Notes: generated by a model not told the origin, from the sequence alone. Positions 9,739 through 18,653 are shown, counted from the first letter of the stretch. The stretch: 37,172 nt of DNA from Pseudomonadota bacterium (GCA_021848375.1 JAJZUR010000001.1:1-37172); one strand, 5' to 3'. A program made the numbers and translations.

Positions 9739-10185
9739 GTGGATAAGATAAGCTACGCAGAAATATTTGATCTTAATCCAGAAGAACGAAACTTACATAT
9801 TTTGGTTTGTGCTCTGAAAGATAAAGAGGTGGATATTCCCCGTCTTGAGTATGTGGATCCGAGTGTACTACCGCACTTACCTTTTAGCGATCATAGTTTT
9901 GATTTGGTATTATGTCCAAATGTTTTATTTAACAATAAGACGGGACAGAGTGATGCCTATATTCGCGCGGTATTAGAAGAGCTGGCGAGAGTAGGAGGGG
10001 AAGTTCGTGTGCTTCCTTTGGTAGATGCAGCGGGGAAGCCATCTGAACATCTTGGGGCAGTGATAATGAGTTTACAAGAGCGAGGCATGGGAGTTGAATT
10101 GCGTCAGGTTCGGACTAAAGAACTCAACCGCATTCCAAATGCCATGTTGAGGGTATGGAATGCGGCTTGTTTGGTGAAGAATTAG
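9739..10185 (+). CDS. C-terminal-half homolog of a class I SAM-dependent methyltransferase family; no SAM-binding motif I, so possibly a remnant
   Basis: LPFSDHSFDLVLCPNVLF and ELARVGGEVRVLPL resemble the post-motif-I part of type-11-like methyltransferases. An in-frame stop lies 36 nt upstream. There is a strong SD (GGAGGTG) before the GTG. Confidence 0.4.
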   Translation: MDKISYAEIFDLNPEERNLHILVCALKDKEVDIPRLEYVDPSVLPHLPFSDHSFDLVLCPNVLFNNKTGQSDAYIRAVLEELARVGGEVRVLPLVDAAGKPSEHLGAVIMSLQERGMGVELRQVRTKELNRIPNAMLRVWNAACLVKN

Positions 10186-10454
10186 TGAGTTTGATGAGGT
10201 TCTGGTAGCGTAATATTCAGTTCCAACACTGAGCAATTTTCGGTTCGCTGCAATTGTACATTGATTTGATCTTGATCAATGTGGACATATTTACAAATCA
10301 CCGCCAATAATTCATTACGCATGCGAGGGAGAAAATCAATATCTCCACCGTCAGCACGCTCATGGGATAAAACGATTTGTAAACGTTCACGGGCAACTTT
10401 AGCAGAACGGCGGTTTGCACTTAATCCATCTAGGAATCGACTAAATATACTCAT
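10182..10454 (-). CDS. minE: Cell division topological specificity factor MinE
   Basis: ARERLQIVLSHERA block. 90 aa. ATGA overlap with the minD stop. Confidence 0.92.
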   Translation of the reverse strand: MSIFSRFLDGLSANRRSAKVARERLQIVLSHERADGGDIDFLPRMRNELLAVICKYVHIDQDQINVQLQRTENCSVLELNITLPEPHQTH

Positions 10455-11281
10455 GCTGGACTCCTGTTCATTAGGCCTAATCCTTCTAATAATTTTGTCG
10501 TCCAGCCTTTTTCTTTCGTGATGACTTCTTGGCCGAGCAAACGGGAAATAGCTTGTTCATAGGCAGTTCTTGCATCACTGGGTGCGCCTAAGGTGACGGG
10601 AACACCACTGTTAGAAGCACTCAAAACCGCGGGAGATTCTGGGATAATGCCAAGCAATGGGATAGCTAAAATTTCTTGAACATCTTCCACACTCAACATT
10701 TCGCCTTTTAGAACGCGATTTTTTGCGTAGCGCGTCAATAACAAATGTTTGGGTATATCTAAGTTTTGTTCGGCGCGTTTGGTTTTGCTATTCAGAACAC
10801 CAATAATACGATCGGAATCTCTGACAGAAGAAACTTCAGGATTGGTAACAATCACGGCTTCGTCAGCAAAATAGAGAGCCATTAATGCACCGCGCTCTAT
10901 GCCAGCGGGTGAATCGCACACAATGTATTGAAATGTTTTACGTAATTCCGTTAAAACTTGTTCAACCCCTTCTTGGGTTAAAGCATCTTTATCACGCGTT
11001 TGCGATGCTGGTAGAATAAATAGTTTTTCATTGCGCTTGTCCTTGATGAGCGCTTGGCTGAGATTAGCATCATTTTGGATCACATTGACAAAGTCAAAAA
11101 TAACCCGTCGTTCACAACCCATGATGAGATCAAGGTTTCGAAGACCAATATCAAAATCAACCACGACGGTTTTATAACCGCGATTGGCTAATTCAGCCCC
11201 GATAGCAGCACTAGTGGTAGTTTTACCTACGCCACCTTTGCCCGAAGTCACTACTATTACTTTTGAATCTGACTTACTCAT
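10451..11281 (-). CDS. minD: Septum site-determining ATPase MinD
   Basis: Deviant Walker A VVTSGKGGVGKTT. Blocks DFDIGLRNLDL and DSPAGIE, plus a C-terminal amphipathic tail. ATG 11281 is preferred. Confidence 0.95.
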   Translation of the reverse strand: MSKSDSKVIVVTSGKGGVGKTTTSAAIGAELANRGYKTVVVDFDIGLRNLDLIMGCERRVIFDFVNVIQNDANLSQALIKDKRNEKLFILPASQTRDKDALTQEGVEQVLTELRKTFQYIVCDSPAGIERGALMALYFADEAVIVTNPEVSSVRDSDRIIGVLNSKTKRAEQNLDIPKHLLLTRYAKNRVLKGEMLSVEDVQEILAIPLLGIIPESPAVLSASNSGVPVTLGAPSDARTAYEQAISRLLGQEVITKEKGWTTKLLEGLGLMNRSPA

Positions 11282-11321
11282 GAAACCCTTCCAAATCAAA
11301 TCGTTTGTATTGGTATGTATA

Positions 11322-12074
11322 CTAAAGTGGACGAATATGCAAGCGGTTGCTTTCTAATGATATGTCAACGGCTTGTCGCCATACGGTTTGCTCCACATCT
11401 TCGCTGATTTTATATTGCCCGGCAATAGAAATCAGTTCAGCTTCCAGACTTTGACAAAAAATATGGGCGGATTCATCGCCGGTCACCCCAGCAAGTGCGC
11501 GACCTCTTAAAGGACCATAAACATGAATATTACCGTCTGCTAATAATTCTGAACCATGACTGACGGCAGCAAGCACAATTAAATCGCCACCCCGTACATA
11601 AATCTGTTGTCCAGACCGTACCGGTTCTGAGATAATTTTGGTATTGCTGCCTTTCATGTCGAGTTCTTCTGAATGCGTGGTTGCTTTTGTGGCGGAAATT
11701 AGTTTTTTGACGGCAGGTTCAGCGTTTATTTCTTTTCCATTGTCGTGAATAATAGCTAAGCCCTCTCGTGCGGCCAGCGCTTGTTCGTCGGCGCTTCCGC
11801 CTTTAATCCCGACAGGGATAAGTTTCTTCTGCGTTAAAATAGAGACGAGCTTTTTAAAGTCTAAAGGTGAAGATGTATGCGCGAGTTTTTGCAAATCAAT
11901 AACCACGGGCGCATGATGAAAAAATTTGGGGGCTTGATCAATTTTTGCGATTAATTGTTGTTCAAAAGCCGTCAAATTGTTACTCAGTAATTGTAATGCA
12001 GTGAGGGGATAAAGTCCCCCTTTTAGCTGAAATGTTAAACTGGTTTCATAAGTGGAGTTGGTGTGATTTGCCAT
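11322..12074 (-). CDS. minC: Septum formation inhibitor MinC
   Basis: C-terminal beta-helix block VRSGQQIYVRGGDLIVLAAVSHGSELLADGNIHVYGPLRGRALAG. It is the first gene of the minCDE order. Confidence 0.88.
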   Translation of the reverse strand: MANHTNSTYETSLTFQLKGGLYPLTALQLLSNNLTAFEQQLIAKIDQAPKFFHHAPVVIDLQKLAHTSSPLDFKKLVSILTQKKLIPVGIKGGSADEQALAAREGLAIIHDNGKEINAEPAVKKLISATKATTHSEELDMKGSNTKIISEPVRSGQQIYVRGGDLIVLAAVSHGSELLADGNIHVYGPLRGRALAGVTGDESAHIFCQSLEAELISIAGQYKISEDVEQTVWRQAVDISLESNRLHIRPL

Positions 12075-12183
12075 TTTGTACCTCGCAATCGAAGAAAAAT
12101 ATTATCTGTTTTCTATCTTACTGTCAAATCGAGCAGGATAGAATATGGGTTTGGCTTCTGAATATTATATAGAGGAAAATTCG

Positions 12184-12558
12184 ATGCGTCACAAACAATC
12201 CGCTTTTTCGCTGATAGAAGTTTTAATCGCCTTGTTGATATTATCCATTGGTGTGATGGCCGCTGCCAAAATGGCAATAGAGAGTTCCAGTTGTTATCGT
12301 AAAGCTGAATTGCATCAAAGTGTCACTTTGCTTGCGAGATCCATCATGAGTGCATTGTATAGCGATGTGGAAGGAGAAGCGGAATTTACCAGGTCCGAAT
12401 ATTGGCAAACAAAGTTAGAAAAACTATATCCGAGCGGTCGTTTAGCGATAAAAAAAGTGGTGGAAGCAGAACAATGGTTTTACATCATTACCATTCAGTT
12501 GGACGCAAACGATGCATCGTTGATGGTATGGAAGATAGGGATCGAGGCAGTAGTTTAG
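12184..12558 (+). CDS. Type IV pilus minor pilin, PilV-like
   Basis: Class III signal/N-methylation region KQSA|FSLIEVLIALLILSIGVMAAA. GAGGA SD before ATG 12184. Confidence 0.6.
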   Translation: MRHKQSAFSLIEVLIALLILSIGVMAAAKMAIESSSCYRKAELHQSVTLLARSIMSALYSDVEGEAEFTRSEYWQTKLEKLYPSGRLAIKKVVEAEQWFYIITIQLDANDASLMVWKIGIEAVV

Positions 12559-13532
12559 TTCAGCTTCTCATAGGTCTTTTACTGAGTGCTTTTCTGATTG
12601 CGGGAGCTTTGCAGTGGTTTGTGCATTTGAAGAAAACCTTGCAAACGCAGAAGTCTCGAGCACTATCGCTTGAGAGCGAAAGAACCATGGTTCAATATCT
12701 CATCTCAGATTTAAAGAACGCCGGCTATCGAGGTTGCCGGACGCAGGATAGCCAATTTCCTGTGCGACGAAATTTCATCGATTTTGGTGAAAAAACTCGC
12801 TATTTTCGATTGGATAGAATAGTATATGGTTTTCAGGCAACCCCTGGAAAATGTCAGGGTCGAATGCCTGCTACCGTCTGTAAGCGGCTAAAAGAAAATT
12901 CCGATCTGCTGGTTATTCATAATGTACCAGGCAAACATTTCAATCTCCGTCAAAGCATGCACACTCCAAGTGATGACCTCTATAGTTACTGGAATCAACC
13001 CATTTCTAAAGATGCGATGGTATTAATCTCCGATTGCCACCAAGGGGATGTCTTTATCGCTTCAGACGTGAACGGTGAGAGAATAAGTCATGGAACCAGT
13101 GACAATGAAACCAATCAACTCAGCAAAAATTATCCGAAAAATACCGAAGCGGTAGAATTACTAACGCTGGCTTATTATTTAGGCATTCCTCTGCGCCATG
13201 AGAAAAACTCACCTATGCCTTTGCACTATTCCTTGTATAGAGATGATCTTCAACACGAAGCAGAGGAAATTTTAGAAGGAATTATCGATTTTCAAGTACA
13301 GTATATTTTTCATGATGTTTCAAACGATGTTCGCCTTGTTTCAGCAGATAAGATAGCAGAACATGAATGGCCAGCCGTTTCGGGAATACAATTGAAAATC
13401 AAAACCATCACAAATCAAGAATGGGAGGTAATGGGTGAAATACGAAATTGGCAGCGTGTTCGTTGTGGTGCTGATTATGCTCTCTGCAATGTCGTTGTTG
13501 TCGGTACATCTGATCGGGCAGGGGATACTTAG
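12528..13532 (+). CDS. Type IV pilus minor pilin / assembly protein, PilW-like
   Basis: Degenerate prepilin N-terminus DRG|SSLVQLLIGLLLSAFLIAG, followed by about 300 aa, with a PilW-like ...GEIRN near the C-terminus. Position fits after the pilV-like gene. The start is set at the M preceding the pilin-like helix. Confidence 0.5.
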   Translation: MEDRDRGSSLVQLLIGLLLSAFLIAGALQWFVHLKKTLQTQKSRALSLESERTMVQYLISDLKNAGYRGCRTQDSQFPVRRNFIDFGEKTRYFRLDRIVYGFQATPGKCQGRMPATVCKRLKENSDLLVIHNVPGKHFNLRQSMHTPSDDLYSYWNQPISKDAMVLISDCHQGDVFIASDVNGERISHGTSDNETNQLSKNYPKNTEAVELLTLAYYLGIPLRHEKNSPMPLHYSLYRDDLQHEAEEILEGIIDFQVQYIFHDVSNDVRLVSADKIAEHEWPAVSGIQLKIKTITNQEWEVMGEIRNWQRVRCGADYALCNVVVVGTSDRAGDT

Positions 13533-14907
13533 CACTAAATTATCTAACCGTTTTCAGGCAGAGCTGGATGCAGAAGTTGCAGCGGACCATCAATTGTTAT
13601 TGCTTGAACGTGACTTTAAAAAAGATCCTTTATCACATTTAGATAAAAAAGTATCTTTTATCGCTGATGATCTCGCTTTTGGTTATGATGAAGGTGTCGA
13701 TATTTTTAAAATCACAAAACCACCTCTTCAAAGTATGCTTGCCATTCGAACAGCAGATGAACATATTCTCAATTGGACTGGAAATTGTTATTGTGATGTT
13801 CTGAATTGTCATGCATGGCGTTCTAAAGAACAGGAAGAACGAGAGGGAAAAGGGATGGTTTCTGTGCGCGTTAGGGCGCCACAATCTAAAGCATTTGAAA
13901 ACTTACTCAATTATCAGCAGTTTCAGTTAAAATACCAAAAGAGACCGGTTAGAGTATTTGGATTATTTAATGATATCACACATCAAAAAGCAGTTTTAAG
14001 AGAGGTGTCAGATAATCCGAATGCCCGATTTACCTCATACCAATTACCCTTTGCACTTGAAACCGGTTCACTATTCGTGACCGATATCTATTTTGAGCAT
14101 GATTGGCATACGGTATTAATCTTAACGGTGAAAGCGCGTGGTAGGGAGCGAGGGTCGATTTTAATTTTTGATATTAGTGATCCCAAGCAGTCGTTAACAC
14201 CTTGGCTGTATAAAGAATGGGAGGGCGGGTGCATTTTGAAGGGAGGTGGCGTCATCGTGCGAGATAAGGTGAAGGGGTTTGGTATAGCGTGGGTAGGCAG
14301 CCTATATGATCATGGCATTTTACAAATTTTATGGTTTGATGATCCAAAGCAGTTCTTTCAATTGAAAGTTGGGGCAAAAAGCTTAACTTTTGTATCGGCG
14401 ATTGATAGCAACAAAGAAGGATGGACAAATCGAATCTATGCAGCGGATGATCATACGCTATGGCGTTTTGAGACAAAGACGCGGTGCGTCAAAAAATTGA
14501 CAGATATTGAGTTGATCTCCGCAATGCGCATTGTGCCTGATCCTAAGCAAAGAGCAGATCAAATATATTTTCTCGGAAAAGGGATGATGGGGAAAGGATT
14601 GTATATGGTGCGGGATCTTTCTTCGATGGATAATTTTATTAGTATACCGCAGTTGATAAAGGGTGGGGATTTCACCAATTTATTTATTCGATCAGGAAGT
14701 ATTATATTAATCCCTGCAAAAAATACTTTGCAGGATCCAAATGATCGGGTACTATTGGAAGCGGTGGTCTGGGATCCTAAACATGAGCAAGAAGTATATT
14801 TCACTTTGAACTCAAGTTGCCAACTTAAAAGTTTAGTGATTCGCAATAATAATGGCAAGTATGCCCGGTTGTTATGGCGTAAGTTGTCATCGAGGTTGCG
14901 TGATTAA
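13435..14907 (+). CDS. PilX-like N-terminal helix fused to a short PilY1/PilC-like beta-propeller region
   Basis: N-terminus G|SVFVVVLIMLSAMSLL (PilX_N-like). DWHTVLILTVKARGRERGSILIFDISDP resembles the PilY1 W.TvL.gG...GG.g.yaLDvTdP block. IDSNKEGWTNRIYAADDHTLWRFE resembles the PilY1 Ca-loop plus the YaGD..G.lWrFd block. GGGAGG SD before the GTG. Confidence 0.5.
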   Translation: MKYEIGSVFVVVLIMLSAMSLLSVHLIGQGILSTKLSNRFQAELDAEVAADHQLLLLERDFKKDPLSHLDKKVSFIADDLAFGYDEGVDIFKITKPPLQSMLAIRTADEHILNWTGNCYCDVLNCHAWRSKEQEEREGKGMVSVRVRAPQSKAFENLLNYQQFQLKYQKRPVRVFGLFNDITHQKAVLREVSDNPNARFTSYQLPFALETGSLFVTDIYFEHDWHTVLILTVKARGRERGSILIFDISDPKQSLTPWLYKEWEGGCILKGGGVIVRDKVKGFGIAWVGSLYDHGILQILWFDDPKQFFQLKVGAKSLTFVSAIDSNKEGWTNRIYAADDHTLWRFETKTRCVKKLTDIELISAMRIVPDPKQRADQIYFLGKGMMGKGLYMVRDLSSMDNFISIPQLIKGGDFTNLFIRSGSIILIPAKNTLQDPNDRVLLEAVVWDPKHEQEVYFTLNSSCQLKSLVIRNNNGKYARLLWRKLSSRLRD

Positions 14908-14924
14908 ATGATGTTATATAAAGT

Positions 14925-14953
14925 TTGACAGAGTTGGTTGAGATGTGTATTGT
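14925..14953 (+). promoter_or_regulatory. Candidate sigma70 promoter for porin paralog 2 (TTGACA-17 nt-TATTGT)
   Basis: ttgaca at 14925-14930, a 17-nt spacer, then tattgt at 14948-14953. This leaves a leader of about 140 nt before ATG 15102. Confidence 0.3.
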
Positions 14954-15101
14954 TAATTTCTTGATGTTTGATGTGGCAAATATTAAAAAGATCTGCTAGC
15001 ATCTAACACGATGGTGGACTAATCACGAATGAGTGGATTGTATACGTAATAACACAGGTTCATTGGGCCTTAAACGCGTGTCTAGTTAGGAGAGAGTGTT
15101 C

Positions 15102-16508
15102 ATGAAGAAGCGTTCAACAAAATTGAAATGGATAGGGGCAACCCTTGCAGGCTTAGGGGCGCTAGCAGTTAGCAGCGGCGCGATGGCTAATAAACATGAG
15201 CACCATGCAGAGCCGCACGGTATGAAAGCGGAATCAGATGGTGGCTTGATGGTATTTAGCCCCAGTGATAGCACATATTGGTTTGAATTAGGCGGCCGTT
15301 TGGCATTTGACGAAACCCAATTCGCTGGCGGCTATCAAGATAAGAATGGAGATTTCCCAAGTGGTGGAAATATTCGTTATGCTCGCTTGAAGTTTGCTGG
15401 TGGCGTAGGTGAGTATCTTACCTACAACCTAACCCTAAACTTTAACGAATCATCCACTCGTGGGCAAAATGCTACTAACGTAGATTTTGAAGATGCTTGG
15501 CTGGCAGCTTGCTCTGAGTACTCGGGCGCAATTGACAGAGCGAGCATTCGCTTTGGTCAATACACACCGCCAACATCGATTGATGATTGGGGCAATTATG
15601 GTACCGTTAACGATAACTTCTTCTTAGAATCATCGTTAGCTACCAAGGCTTTTGCTCGCCCAACTAAAGTCATTGGTCTTTGGGTAGATGCGACTGCGTT
15701 TGATATGTTTGCATTAAGCATGTCTGCGCATCAGCCAAGACAAAATAACACTGGGATTGCAAATAATACCGACTCTGCCAATAACTACCTAAATCCAGGT
15801 CGTTCTGACAGATTGGGTGGAAATGTTAGATTAACTTTTGCACCAGTACATACGGAAGATACGGTGTATCACTTAGGTGTAATAGGTCGATATCAATCGA
15901 TGAACAACGTGGTTTCCGGAGCGCCAGTTTACCAGGCTAATTTTTTCTCAGTTGCGCCAGAAGCAAGAGCGCGTAACACCAATCAAGTAGTGAATACCGG
16001 CAACATTAGAGCCAGAAGCTTCAACGTTGTCACGGGTGAAGCGTTAGCGATGTGGGGACCTGCTTGGATTGAAGGGGAATACTCTCAAGCCAACGTTCAA
16101 CGCGTTCCAACTATAACGGTTGCTAATTCTGGTAACAATCCGGAGTTCAACAGCTGGCATATCCAAGGCGGTTATGTGATTACCGGTGAATCTCGGGTGT
16201 ATGATTTCGTATCGGGAACGCTGCGTAATCCAAAACCTGCGGATCGCTGCGGTGCATGGGAAGTTTTAGCAAGATTCAGTTATGTTAACTTAGTAGATAG
16301 AAATATTTACGGTGGAAGCGAACATAACGCATCATTAGGTCTTAACTGGTTTGTGAATGAGAATGTTAGAATTGCTGCGAATTATATTCGGGCTAACATT
16401 CGAGCCACAAGCAGCACGACTCCAGGTACGGCACCGGCAGGTCCGCCAACCCTACCAACCAAACGTCAGCTGGATATCTTCGGCTTACGGTTCGGGGTGG
16501 AGTTCTAA
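15102..16508 (+). CDS. Phosphate-selective porin O/P family outer-membrane protein (paralog 2)
   Basis: AGGAGAG SD and signal peptide ...VSSGAMA. Blocks shared with paralog 1: WFELGGRLAFDET / YVHP..VSGTVRLDET; LGLNWFVNENVRIAANYIRA; C-terminal FGVEF. Confidence 0.75.
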   Translation: MKKRSTKLKWIGATLAGLGALAVSSGAMANKHEHHAEPHGMKAESDGGLMVFSPSDSTYWFELGGRLAFDETQFAGGYQDKNGDFPSGGNIRYARLKFAGGVGEYLTYNLTLNFNESSTRGQNATNVDFEDAWLAACSEYSGAIDRASIRFGQYTPPTSIDDWGNYGTVNDNFFLESSLATKAFARPTKVIGLWVDATAFDMFALSMSAHQPRQNNTGIANNTDSANNYLNPGRSDRLGGNVRLTFAPVHTEDTVYHLGVIGRYQSMNNVVSGAPVYQANFFSVAPEARARNTNQVVNTGNIRARSFNVVTGEALAMWGPAWIEGEYSQANVQRVPTITVANSGNNPEFNSWHIQGGYVITGESRVYDFVSGTLRNPKPADRCGAWEVLARFSYVNLVDRNIYGGSEHNASLGLNWFVNENVRIAANYIRANIRATSSTTPGTAPAGPPTLPTKRQLDIFGLRFGVEF

Positions 16509-16543
16509 GACTCTCTTAGATTGAAGCACGACGTTATTAGTTA

Positions 16544-16574
16544 ATGCCCTATCGCAAGATGGGGCATTTTTTTA
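16544..16574 (+). terminator. Rho-independent terminator after porin paralog 2
   Basis: Stem aatgccc (16544-16550) pairs with gggcatt (16563-16569), followed by a T-run to 16574. Confidence 0.6.
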
Positions 16575-16617
16575 TGAGTAACTGGTAGATTTGCATAACT
16601 TATCATAGACTGACAGT

Positions 16618-17403
16618 ATGCTGAAAAAATCAATTTTGAGATGGGTACAGTTCTTTACGCTTTTCACAGCGGTTATTTCCTTATTTGGCTGTGTGGGCCA
16701 GCCAAAATCAGTTGATCCTATGGAAGCATGGAATCGAGGTGTGTTTGGATTTAACAAAAAAGCCGATCGTTATGTTATTAACCCAGTCACCAGAGCCTAT
16801 GAGGCACTGATCCCAAAGCCCGTTCAGTTGATGGTGAGTAACGTTTTACAGACAATCCTAGAAATTCCGAACATTGGAAACGATATTTTACAGGGTAATT
16901 TATCCTATGCCCGGCATGATGCGGCTCGTTTTATTTTGAACGTTACGTGGGGTTTTGGTGGATTATTTGATGCGGCGGGTAGAGCAAAAATGGAAAAACG
17001 CACGCAAGATTTTGGCTTAACTCTGGCGAAGTGGGGTTATACAGAGGCCAGTTACGTTGTATTGCCTATCCTTGGACCCAGCACAGTTCGTGATACGGTA
17101 GGATTAGGGGTCACCTATTTCATGTGGCCTCCGAGTTATTTGAAATCCACTTCAGCCAGAAATGCGATTTTAGTGGCTAAATATATCGACATTCGGGTTC
17201 CATTGTTAAAAGTCGAGCCGGCAAGGGAAGAAGCGCTTGATGAATATGCATTTGTAAGAGATGCTTATTTACAACATCGCCATTATAAAATGAGTGGTGA
17301 AAATATCTCAACTGCTATAGGAACAGGAGCCTTTCCGGATACAACCGCCAATGAAATTTCAACAGGTACTTCTGGCCCAATTTTGGAAGGACCTCCTCCT
17401 TAA
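16618..17403 (+). CDS. mlaA: Outer-membrane lipid asymmetry lipoprotein MlaA (VacJ family)
   Basis: Lipobox LFGC. Blocks DPMEAWNRGVFGFNKKADRYVINPVTRAY and GPSTVRD. Confidence 0.85.
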   Translation: MLKKSILRWVQFFTLFTAVISLFGCVGQPKSVDPMEAWNRGVFGFNKKADRYVINPVTRAYEALIPKPVQLMVSNVLQTILEIPNIGNDILQGNLSYARHDAARFILNVTWGFGGLFDAAGRAKMEKRTQDFGLTLAKWGYTEASYVVLPILGPSTVRDTVGLGVTYFMWPPSYLKSTSARNAILVAKYIDIRVPLLKVEPAREEALDEYAFVRDAYLQHRHYKMSGENISTAIGTGAFPDTTANEISTGTSGPILEGPPP

Positions 17404-17406
17404 CTT

Positions 17407-18594
17407 ATGATGCAACTTCCGTTAACGGCTAGAATTTTATTTATTGATGATGACGCAGCGCTTCGAAAAGAGGTCAAGGAATATTTTGAAGATAGCGGTT
17501 TTACGCTATTAGAAGCTGAAAACGGCCAGGAAGGATTAGCCGTTTTTCATGCCGAAAACCCGGATATTGTCGTGACCGATTTGCAAATGCCAGTTTTAGG
17601 CGGTCTAGCAGTTTTGCAAACCTTAGCCAAAGAATTTCCTGAAAAACCTGTTTTAGTGATTTCAGAGGCGGGTGGGTTAGATGATGTCATTCAGGCATTA
17701 AGAATAGGGGCCTGGGATTACTTAACCAAACCCATTATTCAGATCCCAGTTCTAGAGCACGCGGTCTGCAGAGCCCTAGAACGCTCTAGATTAATTGAAG
17801 AAAATAAAATTTATAGACGCGAATTAGAATTAGCAAACCAAGCGCTTAAAAAGAGTTTAGATATTTTAGAACAAGATCAAGAGGCTGGGCGTAGCGTTCA
17901 AATGCGGCTTTTACCGGAGCAAGGAACGGTCTTTGGCGCTTATCATTTTAGTCATAATGTCGCTCCTTCTTTATATTTAAGCGGGGATTTTGTTGATTAT
18001 TTTAAGATCAACGATAATCAATTTGGGTTTTATATTGCGGATGTATCAGGGCATGGTGCATCCTCGGCATTTGTCACGGTACTGTTAAAAAGCGCCATGA
18101 GCCAGATCTTAGGACGTTATCAAGCGCGGCAAGATGATCTCATTTTGCAGCCCGATAAAGTATTATCCAGTGTCAGTGCAGAAATTCATTCTGCCAAATT
18201 GGGTAAATATTTAACCATGATTTATGGCGTAGTGGATTTGGCTAAAAATGAATTTACGTATAGCATTGGAGGGCATTATCCTAACCCCATATTGTTAGAA
18301 AATGGGAAGGCACGCTTTTTGGAAGGCAAAGGTTTTCCGGTTGGGATCATGAAAACAGCAACCTATCAAAGCCATATGGTTCCCATCGGTAAAGATGCCC
18401 GTTTATTGATGTTTTCCGACGGAATTGCCGAAATCTTACCTGAAAAAGATATGGAAGCCAAAGATAAATTATTATTGTCTATGGTCACCGAAGGTAATGG
18501 CAGCATCGAATATTTTATCGATAAATTAGGTCTGCAAAATAAAAAAGGCCTGCCCGATGATGTCACCATTCTTGCGCTTTGGCATACGGCTTAA
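17407..18594 (+). CDS. Response regulator with receiver domain fused to a PP2C/SpoIIE-type phosphatase (RssB/RsbU-like)
   Basis: REC: ILFIDDD, VVTDLQMP, AWDYLTKP. PP2C: GDFVDYF, IADVSGHG, MFSDG, DDVTILAL. Starts 3 nt after the mlaA stop. Confidence 0.8.
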   Translation: MMQLPLTARILFIDDDAALRKEVKEYFEDSGFTLLEAENGQEGLAVFHAENPDIVVTDLQMPVLGGLAVLQTLAKEFPEKPVLVISEAGGLDDVIQALRIGAWDYLTKPIIQIPVLEHAVCRALERSRLIEENKIYRRELELANQALKKSLDILEQDQEAGRSVQMRLLPEQGTVFGAYHFSHNVAPSLYLSGDFVDYFKINDNQFGFYIADVSGHGASSAFVTVLLKSAMSQILGRYQARQDDLILQPDKVLSSVSAEIHSAKLGKYLTMIYGVVDLAKNEFTYSIGGHYPNPILLENGKARFLEGKGFPVGIMKTATYQSHMVPIGKDARLLMFSDGIAEILPEKDMEAKDKLLLSMVTEGNGSIEYFIDKLGLQNKKGLPDDVTILALWHTA

Positions 18595-18653
18595 TTTCTT
18601 GCGTATCACCTACATAGATGATCAAAATAATCAATGCGTTGGGTGAGGGAGTA

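Noticed and set aside
12402-12527. Long N-terminal extensions offered by the ORF track: pilW-like from 12402, rplY from 22282, ldcA-like from 19724, metI from 35171, dnaQ from 32302, tesA from 24514, ybbA from 24375, potD from 4529.
   Set aside because: Internal starts give canonical N-termini (signal peptides, pilin leaders, family-typical first residues) and SD sequences, and they remove implausible overlaps. The extensions have no family similarity.
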